Positions 38,201-52,020 are shown, numbered from the stretch's first letter. The stretch: 64,000 nucleotides of DNA from Octopus bimaculoides (GCF_001194135.2 NC_068993.1:17064073-17128072), one strand, 5' to 3'. Notes: generated by a model from the letters alone, not told the origin. Translations and numbers: made by a program.

Positions 38201-39107
38201 ATGTGTGGAAATAACTCTGGACATGTTTTGGCCTTATCTTTTATCTGTTTCAGTCATTAGTCTATGGCCATGCTGGGGCATCAACTGCCTTCAAGAACCT
38301 TTAATCAAATATATCAACCCCTGTATTTTTTTTTTTAAACCTGGTACTTTATTCTATTGGCTTCTTTTGCTGAACTTCTAAGTTACGGTGATGTAAACAA
38401 ATCAACACTGGTTGTCAAGTGGTGTCAGGGGACAAACAGAGATGCAAAGACACACTCATAAATATACATATATATATATACATATATATATATACACTCA
38501 CACACACGGTGGAGCTTCTTTCAGTCTCCATCTACCAGATCCACTCACAAGGCATTGGTCAACATGAGGCTATAATAGAAAAAAACTTACCCAAGGTGCC
38601 ACACAGTGGGACTGAACCTGAAACTATGTGGTTGAGAAGCAAGCTTCTTACCACACAACCACACATGTGCCTATTAAACCTATTCAACAAAACATAGACT
38701 TCCCAGTATTAGTTTTGACAGGCTACATAACTGCAATAAAGTAATGGAGTATGCAATATGCTGTACCCTGTATTAAGTATACAGATCTCATTTTTGAAGT
38801 TGGTTAATTTGTTTAAGTGTGTTAAAAATAGTTTTCTTCTTTACTTTTTTTAATTAGACTGATAAAGACTAAACATACTCTGCTTTGGAAGCATGTTAAT
38901 TTGTACCTACATCTGTTAAATAAAATCATGTTCTTTATTTTCCTTTGTTTAATTTTCATTTTATAAACGTTATACTGTATACATGGTATGATATATTTTA
39001 AGAATTTTAAGTGGATTAATAGATATCAAATAGACCCTGCTTTAGAAATATATTAATTTGAATCTGTTAAATACAATTTAATCCTTTACTTTTCATAGTT
39101 TAATTTA

Positions 39108-39507
39108 GGCGCAGGAGTGGCTGTATGATAAGTAGCTTGCTTACCAACCACATGGTTCCGGGTTCGGTCCCACTACGTGGCACCTTGGGCAAGTGTCTTC
39201 TACTATAGCCTCGGGCCGACCAAAGCCTTGTGAGTGGATTTGGTAGACGGAAATTGAAAGAAGCCCATCGTCTATATATGTATGTATGTATGTATGTGTG
39301 TGTATATGTTTGTGCGTCTGTGTTTGTCCCCCAACATCACTTGACAACCGATGGTGGCGTGTTTATGTCTCCGTAACTTAGTGCTTCGGCAAAAGAGACT
39401 GATAGACTAAGTACTAGGCTTACAAAGAATAAGAATTTGCTCGACTAAAGGCAGTGCTCCAGCATGGCCGCAGTCAAATGACTGAAACATGTAAAAGAGT
39501 AAAAGAG
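39108..39507 (+). mobile_element. tRNA-derived SINE family A, full-length reference copy
   Basis: ggcgcaggagtggctgt (A box), ggttcggtccc (B box), ccttgggcaagtgtc core, internal (TATG)/(TG) tract, 3' body and (TAAAAGAG)2 tail. More than 20 further partial or diverged copies occur in the window. Confidence 0.9.
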
Positions 39508-41659
39508 ACTACCTCCAGAAACTCCAGAAATCTGGACCACTTCTAGCCTCAAGCTTGCTGAATATTAAGTCCTACACTGTATCAAAAATTTCTGTAAATG
39601 AAGTTTAACTTCAATTCTCCTCCCTTGGTTTAGCTATTTGGGTGTTAATAAGAGGTTGCAAGTTCGTGTCTTATGAGACATATATATTGTAAATATACCT
39701 AACTCTATATACATACCATGAGTGATATAACCCCACCTCAGTAGGCAACAGCTGTATAGAGTTCAGATCTTCCAGTAAGTTACTTACGTCTAACCTGACT
39801 AAACACTTTGTGGGCCTAATTTCGATTTGAAACTAAATATATATGAATGTGAATCCAAATATATTATTCATAACCAACCTGTACTGGTATTCTAGTTATT
39901 AAATTAGATACTACATGGCAAAATGGCAAATTTTGGTACTCTAGCAGTTAAATATTACATGATACTGTGACAAACTTTGGCATTCTCATAATTAGATACT
40001 AAATAATACAGTGACAAATTTTGGCACTCTAGGAAGCAGGTGGAGTTGTATGGTTAAGAAACTTGCTTCTCAACCATGTGGTCTTGAGTTCAGTCCTACT
40101 GTGTGGCACCTTGGGCAAGTGTCTTCTACTATAGCCTCGGGCTGATCAAAGACTGCAAGAAGCCCATCCTATGTATATATATGTATGTCCTATGTATGTA
40201 TGTGTTTGTCCCCTACCTCAACACTTGACAACCAGTATCAGTGTGTCTACATCCTTGTAACTTAGCAATTTAGCAAAAGAGACTGACAGAATAAGTACCA
40301 GGTGTAAGAAATAAGTCGTGGGATTAATCTTTTCGACTAAAGATCCTACAAGGTGGTACTCCAGTATGGCCACAGTCTGAAACAAGTAAGAAAAAAAATA
40401 AAAGACTATAAATCTGTGATTGGCTAAAAGGCATGATTTGTTTACATCCATGCTTTCTTTATTCTGCATATTAGGCTGTTTTTTTACTTTGCATGCATAT
40501 GCTGTCTTTTTTTTTCAATTCAGCAAGGCCATATTAAGATATGCACACGCACATACACAGAGTTTTTATCCAACATAGCAAGGCCAGAGAATGCCTCCAG
40601 TTATATGCATACATATGCCATCTTTTCCCAGCATAGAAGGGCCATATTAGAATTTGCTTTCTTTCTTTCTTATTTTTTTATCTTGATGCTTTGTCAGGAG
40701 AGAAGGGCAACATCCTTGACATTTTATAAGGCCTCCAAGACTATTGGGAGGAAGGGAGGAATATATCTTCAAACCAGGGACATGGTCCAATTGCATGCAA
40801 CAGAGTGAACTGGCTATACGCATACCGTACATATGATGTCTTCAGCAGGTCTTTAGCCACACGCACACACACTCACACACTGTCTTTATCATATTAGGAT
40901 GTCATTAATTGTGCATGCTCACATGCAAGCACACACACACACACACTCGCATACACATGCACATGCTGTCTTTATCCGGTACAGCAGGACCATATTAGAA
41001 TGTCTCTAGATATGCTCACATAAACCTATTAGGTGATAAATGATGCTGAAAATTGATAAAAGGCCAGAAGCATAATCATAATTGTACTTGGAATATGCTT
41101 AGAATGTGGTATTGATTCCCCACATGGCTTTCTTTCATTATTTTCTGTTTCTTTATTCCTGCTGGTTTTGCCTAAATTCTGAAGCACACACACGCACGCA
41201 TGCACGCACGCACACGCATGCATGCACACACACGCATGCACACACTATAAAGTCAGTTCGTTGAGCTTGACCTTTTGTATTCCTTCAACAAGTGATTATG
41301 TCCTATTGACTTTAAGATGAGATAGAGTTGTAACATTCATACCTTTTGCCCAATGCATAAGCAAAATGAGAAAAAAAAAATAATAGCTTAAACTGAGAAT
41401 TGACCTATAGTTTTAATTCACTGGGCTACTACCATTTACACCAACATGCACACACACACACACACACATATGCATCCTTTGCATAGTCATTAGGCCAACT
41501 ACAAATAGCAGTCAAATATCCTTCAAATCACACCCTATTGTGTTAACGCATTAACTACCATGGCCTGTTACTGGAACTTACTGATGTTGCCTCATATTTC
41601 GCAGTCATGCTGTATACTCTTTAATTACAAAGAAATATAATTTTTTTGCATTCTTACAA

Positions 41660-42202
41660 TCTATATATATATAAAACAAAGGATGTCTGTGTGTATGTCT
41701 GCATGTGTAATATGTATGCATTTCTACAGTTTTCAACCGATTTTCACCAAACTTTACACACACAGGGGGTAAATGGTGTTTTACACAGATTTTTCTCTAA
41801 AAACTGCAATTTTCAACCTATTCTCTCCATTTTCTCATTCTCTGTTTCTCTTGCTTACATACATTCTCTCACACCCTCTGTAGTAGTTCCTCTCTTTTAG
41901 TCTATGCCTTTTTTCCTTCCTCCTTTTTCCCTCTTCTCCTTCTTTCTTTCCTTCCTTCCTTCCTTTCTGCCTTCTTTCTTTCTTTTTTCTCCATCCCTCC
42001 CTCTTTCTTTCTCTTTTTTCATTCTTTCTTTCTCCCTCTTTCTTTCCTTCTTTCTCCTTTTCTCTTTCTTTCTTTCCTTCTTTCCTTATGTTTGACTAAA
42101 GGCAGTGCTCCAGCATGGCCACAGTCAAATGACTGAAACAATTAAAAGAATAAAAAAAACCATGCCATTTTGATCCTGAGCAATGCCAGGTATCTCTGCT
42201 AG
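41660..42202 (+). mobile_element. Non-autonomous Helitron
   Basis: Starts A|TCTATATATATATAAAA and ends CTAG|T, with subterminal hairpin CCTGAGCAATGCCAGG (42175-42190) 8 nt before CTAG and no TSD. Contains a (CTTT)-rich tract and a SINE A tail fragment (about 42090-42158). Confidence 0.75.
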
Positions 42203-42424
42203 TACTTCAAAATAAAGCTTTAATATTTAGCACTCATGTCATTTAAATATCTTCTAAACCATTTCAAAGATACAGACTAGAATATTTTCCCAAATTATGA
42301 AAATGTACCACCAATGGTGCATATGGAAGTTGTGTGAAGTTTATGATGAACCACAGGTGGTACATGTTGTGGTTAACGTGTTAAAAAAAAAGGATATGTT
42401 GAATAATGAATGTAGTCCTAGATA

Positions 42425-42568
42425 CAGTGCCATCTTAAGGCATGGGCAGTTTGGGCAGTTACCCTGGGACCCTGTTCTGATCTATGTATGTTATGTCAAT
42501 AAGTAAATACATCAAGACCCAGTGCATTGATTTGCCCTGGAGCCTGTAATGCTACTAAGACAGCTGTG
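42425..42568. mobile_element. hAT-type MITE (144 bp)
   Basis: Imperfect TIRs CAGTGCCATCTTAA / CTAAGACAGCTGTG with 8-bp TSD CCTAGATA / CCTAGATG (7/8 identical). Confidence 0.75.
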
Positions 42569-43032
42569 CCTAGATGCCCTACTCTTGAAAACAACAAGAC
42601 AAGATGGAACATTTTTTGATCAGAGGTTTGCTCAGTTAAGGTTGACCGAGGGCTAAGCAACAACAACAAAATCATAATTTCAATCTAGTTTCCATAGTCG
42701 TTTTGTCAATTGTTATTATTTTGAGAGGGAGAAGGCAGCGAGCTTGCAGAACCATTTGTACATCGGGTAAAATGCTTAGTGGTATTTCTTCCAATTGATT
42801 ATGTTCTGAGTTCAAATCCTGCCAAAGTCAACTTTGCCTTTCATCCTTTCTGGGTCAATAAAATAAGTACCTGTTGAGCACTGTAGTTGATGTACTTGAC
42901 TACCCTTTACCCCTAAAATATTGCTAGCCTTGTGCCAAAATTTGAAACCATTATTTTGAGAGGGAAAGGCCAGTCTTAGTTTGTTGGGTTATTTCTGTTC
43001 AATATGTAATATTTCTTGTTATTGAATTTCAG

Positions 43033-43162
43033 ATGAGGTTCAAAGTGTGGAAGACATTGACTGTCGAGTTTACAATTGGGAGAAAATGACCTGTACTTGG
43101 GACCTTGGAACCAGATATTTGCACATGGACAGCATGAATGTCACATTAGGCTGGACAATAAG
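43033..43162 (+). CDS. Class I cytokine receptor, cytokine-binding module FN3 (D2), N-terminal half
   Basis: Acceptor atttcAG ends at 43032. The 130-nt phase 1-2 exon encodes (Y)EVQSVEDIDCRVYNWEKMTCTWDLGTRYLHMDSMNVTLGWTI, containing the family signature C-x9-C-x-W. Donor AG|GTAAGT at 43163. Not in the ORF track. Confidence 0.93.
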
Positions 43163-44936
43163 GTAAGTTTGTTTACTTTCTATAACTCTTTAACATGATA
43201 GGAAAATGTACACCCATAGGTGATGACATATTGCAGTGTGTGGAACCAAATTTGGTTATGGATACTATGTAATGAAATTTGGAAATTTGATTATGTTTTT
43301 AAGCTTGTGGCTGGAGAGAGAATGCAAATATTAATATATTGGCCAAATCTCTATTTTGAGAAGAGTTGGCTAATATTTCAAGGAAATTCCTCAGCAGAAA
43401 ACACTTGAAAACCACTAGTCTGGAACAAGGGTGGTTGTCTTTGTACCTCAAGCAAAAAACAAATGCAGCAGAACTTCAGCTATGAAAAAAAAAAAATAAT
43501 GTATTTTTAATATTCTGGTTTCTCTAGCAGACTCACAGGAAGATTTTGAACTTCAGCTTCCCGCCATTTAATGAAACAAGTAAACAATAAATTATGCAAC
43601 GCCTTTGCTACTAATGGCAATAAATTATATTTACTACTAGGTGGATTAAGCCAGCAAGAGTTAAATGTCTTAACTATAGAAATAGAACAGCGCCAATGTT
43701 GAGATATTACCAAAAATAAAATAAACCCTTGACCTTTCAGTAGGTGGGGTGATCTTTCAGTAGATGCGCCATCACTCTATCAGATTGATCAACTTGTGAC
43801 ACACCCTGCCCACAAAAACCTTAACAAAAAAATTACACCTAATATTTAGAGTAATTTACCTAAATTTTAGAATCATCCACCAGAGACAAGATATTTACAC
43901 AAACAACTCTTTTTTTTCTTTATATATATGTTTTTCCTCTTGTTTATTTCTATTTTTTTTATGTGCCCTAGCACATAACTTTGTTTTTGCCACCACTATG
44001 CTTTTTTTTCTTTTTTTTTCTTTTTTTTTTTTTTTGTCTGTCACCAGTAGGTTCTGTTCTTTATTGTGAAATGGTTAGGAGTATAGCAGACAAGAAGCTA
44101 TGTGCTAATCTACTGATTTGCAAAAATTATCCCACTGAAACTAGCTTTTCACAAATTGTGTTTTATCTTTCACTTGTTTCAGTCATTAGACTGCGGCCAT
44201 GCTGGAGCACCACCTTGAATTTTTAGTTAAACAAATCAACTCCAGTACTTATTTCGTTTTTTAAGCCTGGTACTCATTCTATCAGTATCTTNNNNNNNNN
44301 NNNNNNNNNNNNNNNNNNNNNNNNNNNNNNNNNNNNNNNNNNNNNNNNNNNNNNNNNNNNNNNNNNNNNNNNNNNNNNNNNNNNNNNNNNNNNNNNNNNN
44401 NNNNNNNNNNNNNNNNNNNNNNNNNNNNNNNNNNNNNNNNNNNNNNNNNNNNNNNNNNNNNNNNNNNNNNNNNNNNNNNNNNNNNNNNNNNNNNNNNNNN
44501 NNNNNNNNNNNNNNNNNNNNNNNNNNNNNNNNNNNNNNNNNNNNNNNNNNNNNNNNNNNNNNNNNNNNNNNNNNNNNNNNNNNNNNNNNNNNNNNNNNNN
44601 NNNNNNNNNNNNNNNNNNNNNNNNNNNNNNNNNNNNNNNNNNNNNNNNNNNNNNNNNNNNNNNNNNNNNNNNNNNNNNNNNNNNNNNNNNNNNNNNNNNN
44701 NNNNNNNNNNNNNNNNNNNNNNNNNNNNNNNNCTATATCTAAAAAGATGAGCAACTGCATACAGACCTTTTCATTAACTCACGGAAGTTACTGTCGACCA
44801 TTTGGAAGTATTTGAGTTTGGAAACAAGAAGGAAATGTTTTTATCATCATTGTTCCTTTTCCTCTACATTCTTTCCTTTTATTCTCATCTTTCTATTTCT
44901 TTCACTGTACTTAAGCCCAACTTACTCTTCTTCCCT

Positions 44937-44991
<55 letters not shown>

Positions 44992-45008
44992 ATTCTCTTC
45001 CACCATAT

Positions 45009-45240
45009 ATACTCTTTTACTTGTTCACTTGTTTTAGTCATTTGACTGTGGCCATACTGGAGCACCGCCTTTAGTCAAGCAAACTGACCCCAGGACTTAT
45101 TCTTTGTAAGCCTAGTACTTATTATATTGGTCGCTTTTACTGAACCACTAAGTTACGTGTACGTAAACACACCAGCATCAGTTGTCAAGCGATACTGGGG
45201 GGAGAAACACAGACACACAAACATATACATACACACACAC

Positions 45241-45298
<58 letters not shown>

Positions 45299-45458
45299 GA
45301 CAGGCTTCTTTCAGTTTCCGTCTACCAAATCCACTCACAAGGCTTTGGTCAGCCCGAGGCTATAGTAGAAGACACTTGCCCAAGGTGCCATGCAGTGGGA
45401 CTGAACCCAGAATCATGTGGTTGGTAAGCAAGCTACTTATCACACACCCACTCCTGTG

Positions 45459-45460
<2 letters not shown>
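45009..45460 (-). mobile_element. tRNA-derived SINE family A, full length
   Basis: Reverse complement of the 39108 copy with an expanded internal (TA)n. Confidence 0.88.
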
Positions 45461-45494
<34 letters not shown>

Positions 45495-46929
45495 TCAATT
45501 TAGGGCCATTTTTTTTTCCCATGCTGACATGAGTTAGATGGGACCTGACAATATCTTGACACTCACCACAATCCTTTTCAATCTTGCACACATCTTTTAT
45601 CTCTTACTTGTTTCAGTCACTGGACTATGGCCATGCTGAGGCACTACCGCAAAGGGTTTAGCCAAACAAGTCAAGTTTGGTGCTTGTTTTTATGACTGGT
45701 ACTTTTTCTCTTGGTTTTTACCAAACTGCTAGGTTACAAGGATGTAAACGAACCAACATTGGTTGTCAAATGAGTCAGGTGGGAACAAACACAAAGATAC
45801 ACACTACAGGATTTCACACAATTTCCTTGAATTTCAGGAAGTTTGTATGCAATGGATGCAAGCTTCATTGGATCTATGCAATTTCTGCCTCACCAAAGGA
45901 GATCCTGTCTCTGCTAATGAGGAATTGCAATCTACAGGAGGAGAATGCAACCTCTGTCGGTATGAAGCTATTGACAGGTCAAAATGACAAGGTTGGCCGG
46001 AGCTGAAACCCAGCCATAATTACAATAATGGTAGAAGACACTTGCCCAGGATGCCACACAGTAGGACTGCACCCAATACTGCATGCTTGCTGTTGTATAT
46101 GTATGTAAATTAATTTGGCATTGTTTCCACAGCTGGGTACTTCATCACCAATAATTTTCCAACATGTACTGGGTACATTTTATCATGCCACCATCATTAG
46201 AAATTGTTGTTCTCAACAAAACCAAAGAGTCCTCCTCATGTTGTTTCTGATTGACCTATCTTTTTTGATGTAGTTTTTGCAGCCTGGTGCCTTTCCTTGG
46301 ACAAACTAATTTTTAACATTGACTGAATGCTTTTATCCTCTCACCAACACTAGAGGTTGCTGCCCCTAGATCACCAGGACCTTGTGTGTGTGTGTACAGA
46401 TGTATGTACCAATACTCCCAGGTCCATTCTGACCCACAGCAGTTGTACTTTCCAGAGTCTGATCTATGTATTAAATAGATTTCCTAGGGACAGAGGAGGC
46501 TCCTGTTATTTTTGACAAAGCTGTTGGGGAAGGCAGCTCATCAAGGAGAAGAATACACTGACATGAAACTTGCAGTCAAAATAATACCAACCATTTTGCA
46601 ATGCTTGTCATTGGAAACTGCTAGGACAATCAAGCAAGTGGCAGAAAGCATTGTACAAGCTTTTGTCACTTAAATCTAATGACATACAGATGTCTCATTA
46701 TGTGAGACCTGACCAGATAAGGCAGTCATCACATATATATATATATATGCATAATAGGGATAGTTTATCCTGTTCAGGCTATATTATTAACATTATCCTG
46801 CGATTGAGAATTTAAAATCACTTCTTTAACCTTCTAAGACATCTCAACGCTTCTAAAAGCAAACTTCGTTTGTTTGTTTACGTTTATTGTAATTTGAATT
46901 TAATATATATATATATATTATTAATATTA

Positions 46930-47378
46930 TAGAAACCAGGACAGAAGATGGAGATAAGATTAATGAAAATTTATTAATACGTTGACAAGACCTACAATTG
47001 TTTCAGTTCATTGCTCGTGGTATAAAATCAATCAAATTTAATTTAATTTAACTAAATCAATTTGGTTAATTATTACAAACAGGAATATCTTCAGAGACGG
47101 ATATACAAAGAAATTTATATATATATCATATTTAAAACACAATGAAAACATTAAATGATCAAACAGGAAAAATACAGTTTACCATTAAAGTTAAGGGTTG
47201 AACAGACAGAACACAACAAAGAGAAAAAGTTAGACAAAAGCAGAGCAAACGGGAAACTAGATGAAAACTTAATAGACCAGGAATATAGACAAAGATATGA
47301 TACACGAAATATTTGCAGCTGAGTTTTCCTCGTCAGTAAATGAACCAAAATATCATGCTTTCTTTGCACCATTATCAT

Positions 47379-47380
<2 letters not shown>
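46930..47380 (-). mobile_element. Penelope-like element terminal region with hammerhead-shaped motif
   Basis: Minus strand has CTGAAGA (47094-47088), a long AT-rich hairpin, then GAAAC-AATT-GTA followed by a downstream AATAAA. Family assignment is from memory of Penelope terminal repeats. Confidence 0.45.
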
Positions 47381-47423
<43 letters not shown>

Positions 47424-48619
47424 NNNNNNNNNNNNNNNNNNNNNNNNNNNNNNNNNNNNNNNNNNNNNNNNNNNNNNNNNNNNNNNNNNNNNNNNNNNNN
47501 NNNNNNNNNNNNNNNNNNNNNNNNNNNNNNNNNNNNNNNNNNNNNNNNNNNNNNNNNNNNNNNNNNNNNNNNNNNNNNNNNNNNNNNNNNNNNNNNNNNN
47601 NNNNNNNNNNNNNNNNNNNNNNNNNNNNNNNTATATACGACGGGCTTCTTTCAGTTTCCGTCTACGAAATCCACCCAGAAGGCTTTGGTCGGCCCGAGGC
47701 TATAGTAGAAGACACTTGCCCAAGGTGCCACGCAGTGGGACTGAACCCAGAACCATGTGGTTGGTAAGCAAGCTACTTACCACACAGCCACATATATAAT
47801 TCTAATAATTCTATTTATATCTATGTCACTCTGTCTTTCTTTTATCTGTGCTTCATTCTTGATTTCTCTCTCCATCATGTTTGTGTGTGTGTGTGTAAGA
47901 GGAGGAGGCGGGGAGAGAGAGAGAGAGAGAGAGAGAGAGATACAAACACACATACTTGTGTATGTATTCTTCTCTCTTTATTTCTCTCACCCCCATCTAC
48001 TTTTCATTCTCTTTCCCCATAGTTTTACTTCTAAAATCACACTTCATCTTCTGCTCTCAGTTTTGCCCTCTTCTCTCTGTCTCTTAAGCCTCTTAATTAC
48101 TCTCTCTCTCTCTCTTTCACACACACACACACACACAAGCGTGCGCTCATGGGTCAGTTCAAATTCACAGCTGTTAAATAAACTATAAAAAAAAAAAAAT
48201 CTCTTGTTCTTTCTAGCAAGGGTTTTCAACTTCCGGCAGGCTTTTGCCCATAATCTAAATAAGCTTGTATTGCAAAAGGCATGCATCTGCACTAGTGGCC
48301 TACATGCTCTAGTATTGTACATAAATATCCCGAAATGTGACAAATCAAAAAACATACTAAAAAGGAAGAACATAAGCATGAAAAATAAACAACAAAAAAA
48401 ATGGGGAAAAAAACTGAAAAATATAAGTCAGTGTTATATAAAATCAATAGTCCATGGTTTTTCTTAAGAAAATCATCTTAAGAAGAGGAAGCCATATTTT
48501 AAAATGGAAGGGTGCGGATGATGTCAACACATACACATACAGGCTAATGCATGCATGTGTGCTTTGACGTATACACATACTGTCACATTCAAATACATAG
48601 AACACACATGTACTGACAA

Positions 48620-48645
48620 CACATGCATATGTGTATATATATATG

Positions 48646-48686
<41 letters not shown>

Positions 48687-48938
48687 GCTTATATACATAT
48701 ATATGTATACATATGCATATAGATATGTATACATATGCATATAAATATGTATATATATTTATATATACATATATATATACATATGCATGCATCCATATTT
48801 TTGTGTATATACATATATATATGTATATGCATATACATATGCATATGTATATGTATACACATATATCTCATAATATACATATATATATATGCATTTATAT
48901 ATGTGTGTGTATGTATATATAATATACATATATATATA

Positions 48939-48972
<34 letters not shown>

Positions 48973-48999
48973 TATATACACACGCACATACATACATAC

Positions 49000-49060
<61 letters not shown>

Positions 49061-49230
49061 GAGAAAGAGAGAGCGGGATGAATAACATACATGGATGAAC
49101 ACATGAACACATGCATATATACATACACACGAACATACATACACACACATGTGTATGTATATATATATATACATATAGATAGATAGATAGATAGATAGAA
49201 AGAGAGAGAGATGAATGCATATACATATAT
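48620..49230. repeat. Compound (TA)/(CATA)/(TG)/(GATA) low-complexity block
   Basis: Seen directly. It is the source of many spurious YI/CV-rich ORFs. Confidence 0.95.
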
Positions 49231-49544
49231 TTATATCAATGTACAAACATAAAGGTGCATGCACACACAGCTCAAACACGCATACATAGTGACAAATTTA
49301 TTGAGTGCAGTGAAAGGCACTTCAGACTGATAGAAGCTGTTCTTTTTATTTTTGTTTTATTTTATTTTTTGTTTTTCTTTTTTTTCTTCTTTTTTTTTTT
49401 TCTTTTTACAAGAAAAAAAAATACCATAAGTCATCTTATAACAACCTACATTACTGTTTTGAATTTTTGAATTTCAATAAGTATAAATGGAGTTTACAAG
49501 AGTAAAGTGATTGAGATGGTGGAAGGATGTGAAGAGAACAAAAA

Positions 49545-49578
<34 letters not shown>

Positions 49579-49753
49579 ACATGCACACACACATACATTT
49601 ATGCATACATGCAGTTATCTGTATACATACACACTTATTTATAAATATATATGTTATGTATGTATAGCTTTTTTATTCATTTATTCAGATAAATGAATAA
49701 ACTGTACTACACATACTAAGTTCTTTTTTCTGCCATCTATAAATTTCAAATGC

Positions 49754-49785
<32 letters not shown>

Positions 49786-50970
49786 TCATTTATTCAAATA
49801 AATACATAAACTCTACTGCATATATTAAGCATTTTTTCTTGGCCATTTGTAAAATTCAAACTCACGTGTGTGTGTGTGTGTGTGTGTATTTTACCCTGAG
49901 CATAGAATTCTGTCTCAAGCAGCTACATGTGCATACAAATATATACCCATACAATGTCTTCATCAGCAGGAGAACAAAGAGAAAATCTGTTTGAAAATGA
50001 CAGTGTATATAGCAAAAATTATGGTAGACCATTGTAATGTCATGAATTTCAAATAGATTCTCTTTGATTCTAGAACTTCAGAGTGAAGAGTGCTTGACCA
50101 TTCAAATTTAACATCATAATCAAAATATAGACAGGGGCTATCAGCTTGTGTGTGTGTGTGTGTGTGTTTACGGTGCTCAAAACACTTCAGAAATGAATCA
50201 AGGGCCTTGAGTTCTATTTATACCACTTGTCAAATGAGGTATATGTATTTTACATGTATTTTGAGGTCCTTTTTTCCCACTGGTTCAAAAACTTATACTT
50301 TTATGTAGTTTGTGACTGTGTGTTTAAGGAGTTTACCTCCCAACCACTTGCTTTCAGGTTTGGTCCCACTGTGCAAGTGTCTTCTATTATAGCACCAGGT
50401 CATCCGACAGGGTTCTCTTATCCTTTACTGGTTTCAGTTATTGGACTGGACCCATACAGGGACACTGTCTTGAACAAATTGACCCCAGTACTTACTTGTT
50501 GAACAAATTGATCTCTGGTAATCTTTCTTTCTTTTTTTTTTTTTTTTTTTTATACTTGATTCAGTCATTTGATTGTGGCCATGCTGGAGCACCACCTTAA
50601 GGGGGTTTTAGTCAATGAAATCAACCCCAGGACTTATTCTTTGTAAGCCTAGTACTTTTTCTATCGGTTACCTTTTGCCAAACCGCTAAGTTACAGGGTG
50701 ATAAACAAACCAACACTAGTTGTCAAGCGATGGTGGTTGGAGACAAACACAGACACAAAGAAACACAGATAAATATATATATGCNNNNNNNNNNNNNNNN
50801 NNNNNNNNNNNNNNNNNNNNNNNNNNNNNNNNNNNNNNNNNNNNTATATATATATATATATATGATGGGCTTCTTTCAGACTCCATCTACCAATATCCAC
50901 TCACAAGGCTTCGGTCGACTCGATTGGTGTCTTTTGCGAAATTGGTAAGTTTATAGAAACATAAACAAAC

Positions 50971-51230
50971 GGCAGTGAGCTGGCAGAAATGTTAGCATGC
51001 TGGGTGAAATGCTTAGTGGTATTTCATCTGCCATGTTCTGAGTTCAAATTCCGCCGAAATTGACTTTGCCTTTCATCCTTTCGGAATCGATTAAACAAGT
51101 ACCAGTTACACACTGGGGTCAATTAAATAAGTACCAGTTACACACTGGGGTCGATATAATCAACTTAATCCATTTGTCTGTCCTTGTTTGTCCCCTCTGT
51201 GTGTAGCCCCTTGTGGGTAGTAAAGAAATA
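50971..51230 (+). mobile_element. Family C SINE with 16-bp TSD and internal 32-bp tandem duplication
   Basis: TSD AGAAACATAAACAAAC at 50955-50970 and 51231-51246, inside a family A-type body. Duplicated unit at 51089-51120 / 51121-51152. Confidence 0.85.
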
Positions 51231-51969
51231 AGAAACATAAACAAACCAACACCAGTTGTCAAGCTGTAGGCAGAGACAAACAGGGACATGAATACTCATA
51301 CACACACACACACGCGCGCGCATGCACGCGTCTACTAAATCTGCCTTGTAAGCAGATTTGATAGATAGAATCTGAAAGAAGCTCACCATGTGTGTGTATG
51401 CTCTTGTCTTGACATTGCATGTTAGTTGTAAATAAGTGTCACTGTCATACAAGCAGTGCTGTTCACTTCAAATATTTTGCAAAAAACATATCCAGCTGTG
51501 GGGAAATTTTTATCTTGTCCAGAAACAGGTGAGGGTTAACAACAATTAGGGCATAAACTCCACTCAGCCTATACAAACATGGTTGTCAAGCAGATGGTAG
51601 ACACACACATGCACAACGAGCTTCCATACAGCTCCTGTCTACAAAATTCACTCAAAATGCTTTCAGCGGCCTGAGGCTCTAGTTGAAAATCATAACTCAA
51701 GGTGGCCATGCTATAGGACTGAACCCAAAACCATGTTGGTTGCAGAGTGATCTTCTTAACCACACAGCCATGCCTGCTCCTGACCATGGCATGTAGTTTC
51801 TGTCTATACAGTTTCCACTATAAGGTGCAGATCAACCCAAGTCTCTGACAGTAAACATAGATGCTGCCAAGAGCAACCAAACCTAGAACCATGTGTTCAC
51901 AAATTACTTTGAACACGCAGCCACTTTCTCACATGCATGTGTGTGTGAGTGTGCGCACGCACTCGTATT

Positions 51970-52014
<45 letters not shown>

Positions 52015-52020
52015 ATCTAT

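Noticed and set aside
39108-39180. tRNA-like A/B boxes here and at 53880, 60169 and elsewhere as tRNA genes
   Set aside because: No complete cloverleaf, and each continues into a SINE body repeated many times.
45763-45987. ORF with CNFC...CNLC resembling a zinc finger
   Set aside because: Short, starts inside a SINE remnant, has no convincing splice sites and no recognisable family motif. It may be a decayed retroelement piece.
19610-47767. Recurring peptide DGLLSVSVYQIHSQGFGRPEAIVEDTCPRCHAVGLNPEPCGW in several ORFs
   Set aside because: It is the antisense translation of the SINE family A head, not a protein family.
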